64,000 nucleotides of DNA, taken from NCBI GenBank assembly GCA_965644315.1, contig CBFFRQ010000031.1, positions 792,413 to 856,412 on the forward strand, in the 5' to 3' direction. The position numbers were made by a program, and so were the translations under genes. Shown here in pieces: positions 47,901-55,430 of the stretch (position 1 is the first letter of the stretch; each line of letters opens with the position of its first letter). The notes under the pieces are model-generated. The model was not told the origin of the DNA. It made no database searches and was given only the letters and a program-made list of their open reading frames with translations. This stretch comes from Caecitellus pseudoparvulus. Its lineage: Eukaryota > Protista > Bigyra: Bicosoecida.

Positions 47901-50653
47901 AGGATGAAGACGGCCTGGGCCCCCTCCCATCAGATGCTGCCACAGACGCCGGCGAAGGGGGCGACGAGGCTTCAGGGGCCACCCCACGCTCCCTCCGCCG
48001 GATGCCCTCCGGCTCAAGCGTGTACAGTGCAGACGATGCGGGATCAGTGATGGACGCGGAGGCAAGTCACGGCCCCAGCCGCCGGTGTGTCGCTGGCTCC
48101 CCACTGGACGCGCAGCAACTGTCTGCACTTCTACCCACTCAAGGCTCTCTGCTGTCACCCCTGGCAAGCACAGTACTGGGCGCTGGGGCAGAGAGTGGCG
48201 GTCTTGCAGCAGACTCCACCGCTCAGTCCTCTTCAGTGCTCCCTGTGGAGGACGTCTCTGCCGAAGACGCTGGCATGATGCACGACACCAGCAAAACGTC
48301 CCTGGGCGCCGGTGCTAGCGAGCAAGTAGCGGATGCAGCAGGAGAAGGCAAGGCAAGCGACGAGGCCGATGCCGGGGAAAGTACTCGCCAACGCTTCTCC
48401 AGACTGTGCCCTGGCCCAGCAGACTGGCCCTGGGAGGAGCCCGCCGGCATTCGACCCAGGACCAAGGTTGTTCTGCATCACCCCCTGCTTCACAGGCAAG
48501 CGCCTCTCGCCATGGATGCCGAAGAGTGGGAGGCTCTTGTGCACACCTGGGGTGATACCAGTGTCCTGGAGCTGCCAGCCGCCTGTCCCACCACGGCACC
48601 TCGGCGAGACCTGCAACTCGCTTTACATCAAGTGCTGCAGGCTTACCTGGATGGCCCCAGTGTGGAGGGCAGCAGTGATGTCTCAGGGCATGATGACGTG
48701 CCGGAAGGCAAAGCCGGAGAGCCGCCGTCTCCGCCCGCTGAGCTGTCCACCCCTGCCAGTGTGGTGCAGGAGCAGTTTGCTCAGGGTGTGTGGCCACCCA
48801 TCGCTGGCGACGTGACAACTTCAGGCATTGTGCATGAAGTTAAGCCAGTGCCCGTTTCGGCGCCAGGAGCTGTTTGGATCGACTGGGACGTCGCCTTTGT
48901 TGAGGGCCAGAGTGCTCCTGCAGTTGAGAGCCCAGTGCCAGAGCTTGCAGCCGCTCCAGCTGCGGCTGCTGCTGCCGGGGCAAATTTCGCGTCGACGGAA
49001 ACGAGCACCTCCGCAGAAAGTCCTGCGGATGGCACTCACAACACGGGTGCAGGCTCGTCTACAAGCCTATCACCACAGCAGCGCTTGGCTTCAGCCCGCG
49101 CGAGTGCTGCTGCCGCTGCCATGGCAACCCTTCACCCTCCTGTGAACTTTTCCCGCCTTGTCGACTGGCGTGCATTCATGGCGTGGATGTGCGTGACAGG
49201 CCCTTCGCCGACGTCCAAGGCTTTTGCCGACAACCCAGCAGCGCCCAGTGACATTGAAGATGTTGAAAGCCGTGATCTGTGGGCACCCGAGGTCCAGGGG
49301 GGGCGAGACTTCGCCGTTCCAGACATCAGAGCCTTCGCCACCACTGTTGGCAAGGGCTGGGGCATCGCCGCATGGCCTGACCATGATGACCTGGATGCTC
49401 TGCATTTAGCGCTGCAAGCGGCGTCAGATGCAGCAGCAGCGTCGCCTGGCACTACCTCGGCAGCATCAGAAGGAGTTGCAGCGCCCCCCAACGCTGGCGC
49501 TGGCACGGAGCTTAGCGTAGTGACGCGCGAAGATGTTCACTCCGCCCTTCCAGCAGGTGTGATCCAAGCTGTGGCTCCTGAGTTGAGTCCCGAGGCCGCA
49601 TCGCCTGAGATTCAGCCAGAGCCGGCACCGGAAGCAGGCACCCCGCGAAGCCGCAAGAAGGGCAAGGGCAAACGGGGTGGAGCGAGTGAGGAGCCCCCCC
49701 CGCCTCCCATGACTCTCACAGCGAATCGCGAGTGGCGTGATCCCCTGACTTCCGCTCAGTCGGAAACGTCGGCGCTGTTGCCCCATGTTGCGGCTGGGAG
49801 TGAAGGTGTGCGGTTGTGGTTCCAAGGCATGGGACTCCACGCGAAGCCTACGCCCGTTGCATTGGCGGATGCAGCCGCAGCGGCCGCGGCTCAAGGCGGC
49901 GATGCAGCAGGCCTGGCGAGCCGAGCAGAGGCGGAGGTTGAGCAGCACCTAGCCGCTGTTTCTGCTTCAAGAACACTTGCACGCAGTGAAACTGGGCTGC
50001 AGGTGGGCTGGCACAACGTGTCGGTACAGCACGGCTCTCAGCTTTCGCTGTACGTGTCTGACATGGCTGCCCGCGCACAGATACTTCGGGGACAGGCCGA
50101 TGAGGAGTTCGCGCTATACACCGCTCTTGCCGACAGGGATGTCGCTGCCTCAGTCAAGGACGGTGATGACATCATGCGTGGCGTGCTGTTTCAAGCCATG
50201 TCCGATGTTCGGGGACAGATCAATTCCGGCCGCCTGCTGGGCCTGTGGCGCCGCCGAGCGAACCTTCTTGACCGCTTGCCTTCCCAGCTTCCGCAGGAAG
50301 AGGGCGAAGAAGCCCCACACGGAGACTCTCCCGTGGAAGGCCTGGGGCCCCTTCCATGCGTGAGACGCACAGCTCTCATGTCTGCCGCTGAAGCCCAGGC
50401 CGTGGCGCAAGACGCCCAAGACTCCGCTGCGCTGCCTGGTCCCAGCACAGCGACCCTGCACAAAGTTTTGCTGGACTTGTATGGGTGGGTGAGCAGCACG
50501 GCTGCCCGTGCCAAGCCTGAACTCCTAGCGCTCCAGGCAGCAGCAGCGGCGGCCGCGGCTGAAAGGCTTGCCATGGCAGAAGAGGAGGCGGCCACCCGCG
50601 AAGCCGATCGGACCACCGCAGCATCATCCAGACCAAAGCGAGGCAAGAAGTAA
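38999..50653 (+). CDS. SPEF2: SPEF2/CPC1-like central-pair protein (CH domain + degenerate adenylate-kinase domain), ~3880 aa, one uninterrupted ORF
   Basis: ATG 38999. MDILLHWL..LAEHFSNGYAFAVVLH..KIQNY..L..LGIKF is a SPEF-type calponin-homology domain. ADK-like VALVGPPGSGVSTQA, GWILDGFPQTLTQAVLLEEAL and YHLDLNPPP. Lys-rich KKGG tracts. Confidence 0.8.
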   Translation: MDILLHWLQDEVKLPGPVDDLAEHFSNGYAFAVVLHNTNQMTPAEFGQCVQDEKSDSKIQNYCQLFPVFRRLGIKFDARVAQQLMLRKPGIAQRVLYELRTVLAPLSRVRVGRDSESKQRLLKQRLTTRKPQYDAAQAAIFERNIRAAAENQNAVFLDKHMAKFKQHVDELWASRDATHAARVGAHRSALRQQRQQRLHALRTRHMVVHAREEAGIREWQRNQEIRLAQVLAAREFRATKAAKARAAARRRVADAQRDTTSDIAAFEARAVAQGVPVVGAEPLDEATLRRSVAPEAGEPSTEEEAKLAQLPGTTLTSQDTLHLRLTRKLATIQAREDSEPSPVMQRLQSRGGGGGEALAARAARRSAFLVASRASRTRLHARQRHAQLKGLLMHRCASEQELDDVVLRTLKCELVFRQNRACREAAVAEQARRDADLQLARQRASLLQQQSAFEDDVTASADGMVEAAGARRRAHVHRAHAIALACVQELVEAALGLACAREASNMRLLEQSAGSAAMPSLCVPQQGEEEGKEAEGKEERGGVAKADGGVLVQCPGGVDPLAAIFTRVGFRHAAGMHSHTQWAASQALPLPDVLATPDFDDVVSPKAGGRKSPSGRRSRASDTADDAHTEVLAVQRAAAASLGGAGAATLPADAAAHETSHSQPMPGVPIPPGVVVAMLGVQAQPAGCSSHGEGPSALDEGLPKASVEVSVGGEDDASEGGDGEEGADAGAVERIQARSGREDDVEQLRLPSGAGEGGAVSVGGSLEQAPVQSGDGSAELLPQQASCGMADTEASPVAMELFQHYVAGHFVWPADAPVPDVLGDEEAVAAAQAPLEAPFPPVLEAESSLLSPKKSPSSKKGRADVAEVVLPHPAPQPALAAEPQLHAAKHLLGSVLQKLRRATGPEPALPPACDVPQFPLTVALVGPPGSGVSTQAGFLAAALSLKVLRPNALMSQALSMADGSLSTEQCDLTAPHAEALKKVGQHARAAMAEGAAVPEVCMVQAVLCGIRDMARAPVDPSLVPLPAHGELPSPSADEADVEQPHDTVPAAAAAPMEDANEEEQKYEETGPASAKPNAREQAHRGWILDGFPQTLTQAVLLEEALTWQAPDLGPGLPERARVEGRGTWDASAARQKEPTQEDAWEAGMVPPVPPHPVLDADADEEDGLPSHRAPQPASAPVPLPKHPHGVKLLIRLVLPPEQALRKVLGVRVDPSRLVTLEASDAAEAAAVPRDETGSLQDVLDGDVPSAGSAVFGHEGVDSTVRAGARGLNPPAALQGEAMNVVVGAEPLQSVIEGKAAQEEEEEEVRPATPQRRAEAGGPSSSTAPRQGVVGAEHLAAQEQATATFTAGLPGAVPAVDEVRPGGGQQEPQVHEVSPDAMLPVLPGGYVVSARRGHVAYHLDLNPPPHKCRTVEGLVPPSSIDAGTAARLPSTLTSSTLRLPPPVLAEAMERYFNSVEGVDEFFWAGSRGSVLRVAAWRPHFGTGQGREADSDGDQDSAEEGKSASDLVGVEEGAGVVADGDGRVLWGSDAWAEYAPVGAWAASGKGDVLTEASLFAVLSRAASAAEEDIAAREAAREQAWKETLEHRDAALAADATSAATELAFRRGEDMHVQVVDALEAQQAEAAAAAVAAAASKKSGSKGKSESPKASVAEGKSVDDDGSEHDSAQEEALTASSLAAEEAEVVAPSLHEPYVIAPDLPPAPSLAQVPPASPTSEPAVHDTAEDVSPQRAEAQAAAQAALAARAAAQALVVTPTRFAGALEDSVPRDKALSLLAQLWQQAVSHYGQTLSSSFHGAAMEQVGVHARLGETSRLVHRFLRRPVPTYQALMRHAQDAINSLSWAERMGPSAEAWSQAPSVEEAALQVWVEEALEASGGSKAAASKKGKGAATPEAQEPSPEAEAEKAALRAAATRAQLAETVQVAANCMLATAEARRESALHLLHAKGDDGWVQYVQGALASHFCSAVQAEGDRLVASRLVLMGYMRAADGADGCGILTGRNAAHTQDPEDEDTASTPRKGKATGASPKSGSKKSAASEDIMPDCTSDILQLREHLEGTALSAVGAGELLAAGHVPLPWEGSTGDDRTPSTPRKGAGGKKGGASKAGKAVEEESSAVWPLAGPSPAAAIGPVIAPVCATLPVAPPRAAQPTLASVPVVPPPAPDACDALWQAVKQDTAAAPDTARSGSSAGKKRSPRKGPSAVDPDDDGLQHWPTGWPAASELPGTPPSEWEAVAEAAGEAASRLRTLIQGAALGTGVGVPAHGAQEQALMEVLGAAVASLARATASESLAQHFAVQAAARAEALSAAQGGKGSKKGGSSKAGSKKDKRKGGKDDPAPDEVQQALAWRDAACPPPRADQALRLALQGAESLAVNVLRLVDAEAQTQELQRQRHAALAVARERQRRRLESEAAEAEAEATAAMEAAQLAEEEAAAAAAAAAASPKKASSKKDKASAGKGGGKKDKKAGKEEVVEASHLPLPDAGHATVPPATWSAVVAQVQEFRRRVRQLCTAAGRMCAAVEAAASRAMRAGEARINYIIDQEVRAVRAFEAYAMQAVASGARLPYELRFVRPHAAADLDLLLPHHVQQTPSLLPYQVPEAAALGRGVPHPFALDAAHGLSAEPVPEPAEHSEGKDAAGAPGLPLLKAPVQLVSPTGDPLDPTPSSDPQEHALPYFQLHFHVDITKRVLPPPTANPRPPLLVTDTPLPLDASVGPATPTPQALYALAMRLRGASLRSAVGGALHERMYHVDSDVLWPSPPPMHAESMELSAGEGEQEEEEAEAEVSRKPSSKSGKSQSAGKGKGGKKAGTKEGDEAEALATAQSATAQAVLERERQLLGAELAPAGTFLTLREFLDTVSQAVQEGELPEAWKWLPEQALAELGLCFATSLDDLGSWSVHVEVEPESSVQARIQYAKWQAKEVERLVKEEREAQAKADAEEAERLGITIAEVVAMRKASTSGRQAAEDGEDEDGLGPLPSDAATDAGEGGDEASGATPRSLRRMPSGSSVYSADDAGSVMDAEASHGPSRRCVAGSPLDAQQLSALLPTQGSLLSPLASTVLGAGAESGGLAADSTAQSSSVLPVEDVSAEDAGMMHDTSKTSLGAGASEQVADAAGEGKASDEADAGESTRQRFSRLCPGPADWPWEEPAGIRPRTKVVLHHPLLHRQAPLAMDAEEWEALVHTWGDTSVLELPAACPTTAPRRDLQLALHQVLQAYLDGPSVEGSSDVSGHDDVPEGKAGEPPSPPAELSTPASVVQEQFAQGVWPPIAGDVTTSGIVHEVKPVPVSAPGAVWIDWDVAFVEGQSAPAVESPVPELAAAPAAAAAAGANFASTETSTSAESPADGTHNTGAGSSTSLSPQQRLASARASAAAAAMATLHPPVNFSRLVDWRAFMAWMCVTGPSPTSKAFADNPAAPSDIEDVESRDLWAPEVQGGRDFAVPDIRAFATTVGKGWGIAAWPDHDDLDALHLALQAASDAAAASPGTTSAASEGVAAPPNAGAGTELSVVTREDVHSALPAGVIQAVAPELSPEAASPEIQPEPAPEAGTPRSRKKGKGKRGGASEEPPPPPMTLTANREWRDPLTSAQSETSALLPHVAAGSEGVRLWFQGMGLHAKPTPVALADAAAAAAAQGGDAAGLASRAEAEVEQHLAAVSASRTLARSETGLQVGWHNVSVQHGSQLSLYVSDMAARAQILRGQADEEFALYTALADRDVAASVKDGDDIMRGVLFQAMSDVRGQINSGRLLGLWRRRANLLDRLPSQLPQEEGEEAPHGDSPVEGLGPLPCVRRTALMSAAEAQAVAQDAQDSAALPGPSTATLHKVLLDLYGWVSSTAARAKPELLALQAAAAAAAAERLAMAEEEAATREADRTTAASSRPKRGKK

Positions 50654-50890
50654 ACCCTACCATTGAGTGGACTTGTGCCAAGCTGGGAGCGAGCCACCGT
50701 TTTAGTGTCTTGCAAGCAAAGCGTGTGAATTAGGCTCTATGTGGGGACAATGCCCCGGCAAAATGTGTGTCAGGTATACGATAAGTTTCAAGCCGGATTA
50801 GGGCCGCCTTGCGCGGGCCGGTGCTTTCAGGAGGGGGGCGGTGGCGGTGTGCTCTGATGAGGCAACAGTTGCTGATCACGCCTGACCTAA

Positions 50891-51171
50891 CCCAGCACAT
50901 TTCACTTGCCGCACACCATTTACCGACCAATTCTGTGCATTTTCCCTGTGCCAAACTACCCTTTCCCGGCCTTGCCTGCGACTGGCTAGCCCTCTTCCGG
51001 CGCACACTGCACGTTTGCGGTGTGACTTGGAGCCGGCTCAATTTCCGCAAGTCACACATTACTAGCGCCGTGCCTGGCGAATCTGTGGCCATTCCTCTTG
51101 GCTACACCGAAAAATTGGTTTTTCGACACTCAAAATTCGCAGTGAGTGCAGTTTTGTGGCATGTCGTGGCG
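50891..51171 (+). repeat. Copy A of a ~290-bp diverged direct repeat (promoter/5'UTR of the NTPase-nuclease gene)
   Basis: Colinear with 63682-63970. Shared blocks include TGCCTGCGACTGGC, GCGCACACTGCACGTTTG.GGTGTGA.TTGG, GCTCAATTTCCGCA and AGTGAGTGCAGT.T.GTGGCATG.CGTGGCG. Confidence 0.9.
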
Positions 51172-51219
51172 TGGCTCATAAATCCTCATGCGTGGTACTA
51201 TGACCTTGCGTTGTCACAG
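51142..51219 (+). other. Probable 5'UTR intron
   Basis: GTGAGT...TTGTCACAG, 78 nt, ending 3 nt before ATG 51223. The donor is conserved in copy B at 63941. Confidence 0.6.
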
Positions 51220-51222
51220 AGG

Positions 51223-53946
51223 ATGGCGGCGGCGGCTGGTGCCGGGTCAAGCGCTCCGTTCTCTTTCGAGGAACTTTGCGCTGCGGGGCTGCCCTTGCCA
51301 ACCCAAAACCGCGTACCCAAGGAAGACACTGGGTCCAAACCAAGACAGCTCTCACAAGGAATTGCCGAGCAAATGGCAGGACAAGGGTCACAGGTCGCAA
51401 TAGGCGATGTCTTCCGGAGCTACGAAGCGCTACCCGAGGAGGACAAAGCGTGGTTGGCTGATATGGCAGCCGATACCACCCACCCCTTCGTGCCCATAGA
51501 CCACCTCAGGCCGGTCCTCCAAAAACTGATGTGGATGGAGGAGGAACTGCACAGTAAGGTCACAGGGCCCCAAACCTACCTTCTGACAGGCTTCAGCGGC
51601 ACAGGGATGACCCACTTGCTGGAGGCATATGCCAGGCAGGCAGCTGTGAGGAACCCCAGAGCGGGTGGCGGGCACACCCTGTGCTGCAGCATCGACCTTG
51701 CGGTGCACAAGCCTTCTGACACAGAGAGCTTCGATGAATGGTTGCTTGGGTCGATCGCGAGCCAGCTGCCCGAGTTGAAAGAGCTAGCGCCAGCCACGAA
51801 GGTGCTGGAGCTGCTGGCCACCTCTGCGCGTGGCAACTCTCGCCAGACGGTTAATGTGCAGCATCTTCTGGCCATGGTGTCGTCAGGGGGCGGTGCCGGC
51901 AGCGCTGCCTCCGCAGAGCTGTCGCGTCGGGTGTGCGCAGCTCTGACTGGTGCTGGCACGACGGGTCACCTGGGCCTGGCGAGGGCCGTGTTGAGAGAAG
52001 CCAACATCGCCGTCATTGTGCTCATTGACGGAGCCGACTGCCTGTTTCAGGGCGATCACTTTACTCGGGAATGTGCAGACCTGTGGTGTGCTCAGCTGCG
52101 GTGGCTACTGTCCTTGAGGTACCCTGCTGTTGGCGTGGTCCTGTGCACAGCCTTTCAGCGTGCTCAGCAGCTGTTCGTTGACGACGGAGGTCCTCATGAG
52201 TTCCCGCCCCGCTTCACACATCACGAGCTGCGAAAGAACTGGGATGAGGCCTTGCTACGGTGCATTCGCGTGGGGGGGCCTGCTTGGAGCGGCACGTCCC
52301 TCATGGCCTTCCTCCTCACACACATGTGCAGGAAGGTGGACCGCTCATTCTGCCTCTTCCGGCGCCACCTTGACCAGCAGCCGTCGGAGGAGGCGCTTCG
52401 GGTAGCGAGGGGGCTTGATAAGCTGTGCCTGCAGGGCTGGAAGGGAGATGCTGGAGCAAGCCCTGAACAGAAGCTGGACGCTTTCCTGGTGCACATCATG
52501 GAGCAGTTCGGGCACACACCCAAGAACCTCGCCAACGCGGTGCGGGGGCTTCTTCACGCATGTCGGGAACCATGGACATGGCCAGTAGCCACTGAGGAAG
52601 CTGCAGTGAAACCTGTCTCGGATGAGTGTGCACCCACACTCAACCTGGCGTTGAGTGCCGTTCTGGAGATCCTGCCTGACGACAAGCAAGAACAGCTGGC
52701 TAAGGACACCCTGCTTACCTTCCACTCTGGGCGGTACACCGTGACCAGGAGGGCGTTCAAGAGATCCCTGGAAGCGTGCATTGCCCGCCAGGCTTCGCAA
52801 CAGGCTGCAGCCGCAGCAGGTGGCAGCGCAGCTCACCTGGCATCATCCCCTGCCACGCTGCAGTGCGTCGACACTGCCATGGATGCTGGATGGCTGGTGC
52901 CTCACCCCCGTGGTCTGAGCCTGGGCAGCCTGCAAGCGTACCGCAAGTACATGTGCGCAGGTGTGCACCCTGACCTTATTAGGTGGATGCGTGAAGGCGA
53001 GTTTGGCAAGCAGGCTGAGTTGCCCATTGCCCGTGCCTTGGCGAGGATGCCTAGGTTCAAGGGAGGTGTCCTTGTAAGGCTCGTTGACGGGCCAGTGCTG
53101 TGCGGCAACGATGACTTGGTTGCTGGACAGCTTGTGGAGCTGTTCATTAGGTTGCTGGAAAGGAACGTCGCTGGAGGTGGCGCAGCAGCTGAAGATGGTG
53201 ATATCTGGCTTGCCCGTGCAGAGGCTGCGTGCGAGTCGCTCAAGTTGTTTCCTAGAGAACTAAGGGGGCTCTTGACTCTCACCCAGGGTGGTGTCTGGAT
53301 GAAAGAATCGCCCGACAAGTATGGAGCCGACCTTATTGGAGTTTTTCTGAGTGGCACGGGAACAGACATGACTGTCAAGGTTGTGCGAGTTCAGGTTAAG
53401 CGAGCCACTCAGGGTACACTGAAGGACAAAAAGCAGAGCAAGAGAGCTGGTGACTGTCTGCGAGGCGCATCTGTCAAGCTCCTAGGTGTGGAGAACTTCA
53501 GAATTGGAAAAGCAGCTGATCTGGAGAACATTCACCTTCCAGTGGTCAGGGCGGTGTGGGACATTATTGCTGTCGCAATGATTGCTCACAAGGTTGGGTG
53601 GTGTTTGTTGGACGACAAGGATTTGCTAGCAGTGAAGCTCAAGGAGTTCTTTGAAAGTGAAACTGTACGCTTCGAAGATGGTGGAGCGTGCGTTGCCATG
53701 ACACACGTACCATCTCCGACAACAAAGCAAAATGCGCAAAGTAAGGGCATCCAAGTCATTGATGGTCTCGATCTGAAAGGCTATTGGGCGTGGCTGGGGG
53801 TCGTGTGTGCTGAAATGGGCATTTGGCTGTGGCCTCGTTTGGCTGCTACGAATGTCCCTGAACTACCAGGAGGACCGGTACGCAGAGTTAGAGCCCACGA
53901 TGGCCCTTATCGCCGACCCAGGGTGCACCAACAAAGCGGGCTGTAA
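51223..53946 (+). CDS. P-loop (STAND/AAA+-like) NTPase fused to a C-terminal Mrr-like PD-(D/E)xK nuclease; Crinkler/RHS-type architecture (907 aa)
   Basis: Walker A-like YLLTGFSGTGMTHLL, Walker B-like VIVLIDGAD and sensor-like VVLCT. C-terminal GKQAELPIARAL..PDKYGADLIGVF..VVRVQVKR..CVAMTH..AQSKGIQVIDGLDL matches the Mrr_cat pattern (E..D.G.D..VQxK..IxxIDG). Confidence 0.72.
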   Translation: MAAAAGAGSSAPFSFEELCAAGLPLPTQNRVPKEDTGSKPRQLSQGIAEQMAGQGSQVAIGDVFRSYEALPEEDKAWLADMAADTTHPFVPIDHLRPVLQKLMWMEEELHSKVTGPQTYLLTGFSGTGMTHLLEAYARQAAVRNPRAGGGHTLCCSIDLAVHKPSDTESFDEWLLGSIASQLPELKELAPATKVLELLATSARGNSRQTVNVQHLLAMVSSGGGAGSAASAELSRRVCAALTGAGTTGHLGLARAVLREANIAVIVLIDGADCLFQGDHFTRECADLWCAQLRWLLSLRYPAVGVVLCTAFQRAQQLFVDDGGPHEFPPRFTHHELRKNWDEALLRCIRVGGPAWSGTSLMAFLLTHMCRKVDRSFCLFRRHLDQQPSEEALRVARGLDKLCLQGWKGDAGASPEQKLDAFLVHIMEQFGHTPKNLANAVRGLLHACREPWTWPVATEEAAVKPVSDECAPTLNLALSAVLEILPDDKQEQLAKDTLLTFHSGRYTVTRRAFKRSLEACIARQASQQAAAAAGGSAAHLASSPATLQCVDTAMDAGWLVPHPRGLSLGSLQAYRKYMCAGVHPDLIRWMREGEFGKQAELPIARALARMPRFKGGVLVRLVDGPVLCGNDDLVAGQLVELFIRLLERNVAGGGAAAEDGDIWLARAEAACESLKLFPRELRGLLTLTQGGVWMKESPDKYGADLIGVFLSGTGTDMTVKVVRVQVKRATQGTLKDKKQSKRAGDCLRGASVKLLGVENFRIGKAADLENIHLPVVRAVWDIIAVAMIAHKVGWCLLDDKDLLAVKLKEFFESETVRFEDGGACVAMTHVPSPTTKQNAQSKGIQVIDGLDLKGYWAWLGVVCAEMGIWLWPRLAATNVPELPGGPVRRVRAHDGPYRRPRVHQQSGL

Positions 53947-55392
53947 CACAGTAGTTGGAATGCACAGCAGCACCGTGCGCCCAGTCTCTCACGCCTGTGT
54001 CGTGCCTGGTACGCTGCACACCTCACCCGCTGCATGCCACTCGCCCCAGATCTGTCGCGCAACACAGCTGCCGCCGAGATTGGACAGGGCTGATCACCTG
54101 CGCTGCAACTTGCAGCATGCTGGGACCCCGCCCGCCCACTGACTGCGCGACACAGACCCATGATCTGATACGCTGCAGGAAGGCTTCGCCAGTCAAGGCG
54201 ACCCAGCACGCGGTCCAGTTGCCTCATGCAGTCATGAGATCTTCTGCCTCCCCCATACACCCCCCTCCAATACCACTACGTACCCGTGTGCGGGGGGGGT
54301 GGGCACACCTTCGCCGGCGCGTCAGAAGATGGAGATATGTCATAATGACATTGTTTCGTGTGCACATTGTGTCAAACTCGTTTCGTGCTGCAGGCGCCGT
54401 GGCGGGCCGTGCAATGGGAAGAGGTGGATTGGCGTGGTGGCGCCGGAGGGCAGGGTCGGAGACCGAGCCAGGCAGACTGATCAAATTTTCTGGTCGTTCT
54501 GGTGAAAGTCACAGAGCGTACTAAGTTTGATGTTTAGATTCAGATTATTGCACCAGCGCGCGATGGGTCGCTTTGGCTGGCGCAAGAGACCGCCGCAAAG
54601 TGGGCCTTTTTGGGCCCCAAATTCCGCCAAGACAGCCGGCCCGCCAACTGCCTGCGCCAGTTCCCTTGTACCGCTGCGTACGCGCGCTTGAAGATGATTA
54701 CCTGTTCAGATGGTGCATGCTAAGCATCAAGAGCGTTTTTCTGGCCGATGCAGCGCCCCCCTTGACAGGCTGTCTTGGGCTGCCTTGCGCGGAGTGGCGG
54801 ATCCGCCTCACGCATCCTCGCTGGCGCTGCGCTGCTTGTCGACGGGGCCCTGCAGCGCCCAGTGGAAGCGGTAGGAAGCTTCCCCTGGATTGCCCTTCGC
54901 GATCCAAGGCGCTTCGTGCACGACCGCCGGGCCAGCCACCACGCCCCCGTCGCCAGCACCCCCGGCTCCGCCTTGCACTCCGGCGTGTGGTCCACCCGCC
55001 CCCACCCTTGCACCTCTGGAGCGCCCAGATTCAGGTGTCGACACAGGAGGAGGGTCTTGTCGGGCATGTAGCTGCGTGCATCGTCCCTCAGTGGCGTCAT
55101 GGCCTGCCCTCCATCTCACGCTCAGGCTCCAAGTCCGAGCTTGAGACTGCTCCGAGGTAGGCGCCCACACAGCCCTGAACACCTCCATCACAAGCCCGAG
55201 CGCGCAATGCACGCCGTGGTGGTGTGCCAGCGTTTACTTCCATGCCACACCCCCAGCTTGGCGCTGAGAGACGGCTACGCTAGGTCAGCTCACACTCTCG
55301 CGACGCAGCTGAGAACGCACCCCGCCCGGCCCGTCGTCCGCTCGGAAGCGAGGCAGCGGGCCAGCATCCGCAGACCCCCCCCTGCGCCGGCA

Positions 55393-55430
55393 ACGCTGGA
55401 ACTGCCTTTGACTGGCAAGGTGCTGTAGCA
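55393..55430 (+). repeat. Left terminal inverted repeat
   Basis: ACGCTGGAACTGCCTTTGACTGGCAAGGTGCTGTAGCA versus the reverse complement of 63595-63632, ACGCTGGAGATGAGTTTGACTGGTAGGGTGCTGAAGCA. Confidence 0.8.

Noticed and set aside
50809-51222. N-terminal 138 codons of the 1045-aa ORF call
   Set aside because: Starts at TTG, overlaps the non-coding repeat (whose second copy has frame-breaking indels) and a probable 5'UTR intron. ATG 51223 is the better start.
55165-55183. 17/19-nt inverted match to 53542-53560 of the nuclease gene (both read V.RAVW)
   Set aside because: Too short, and the similarity does not extend; compatible with chance.
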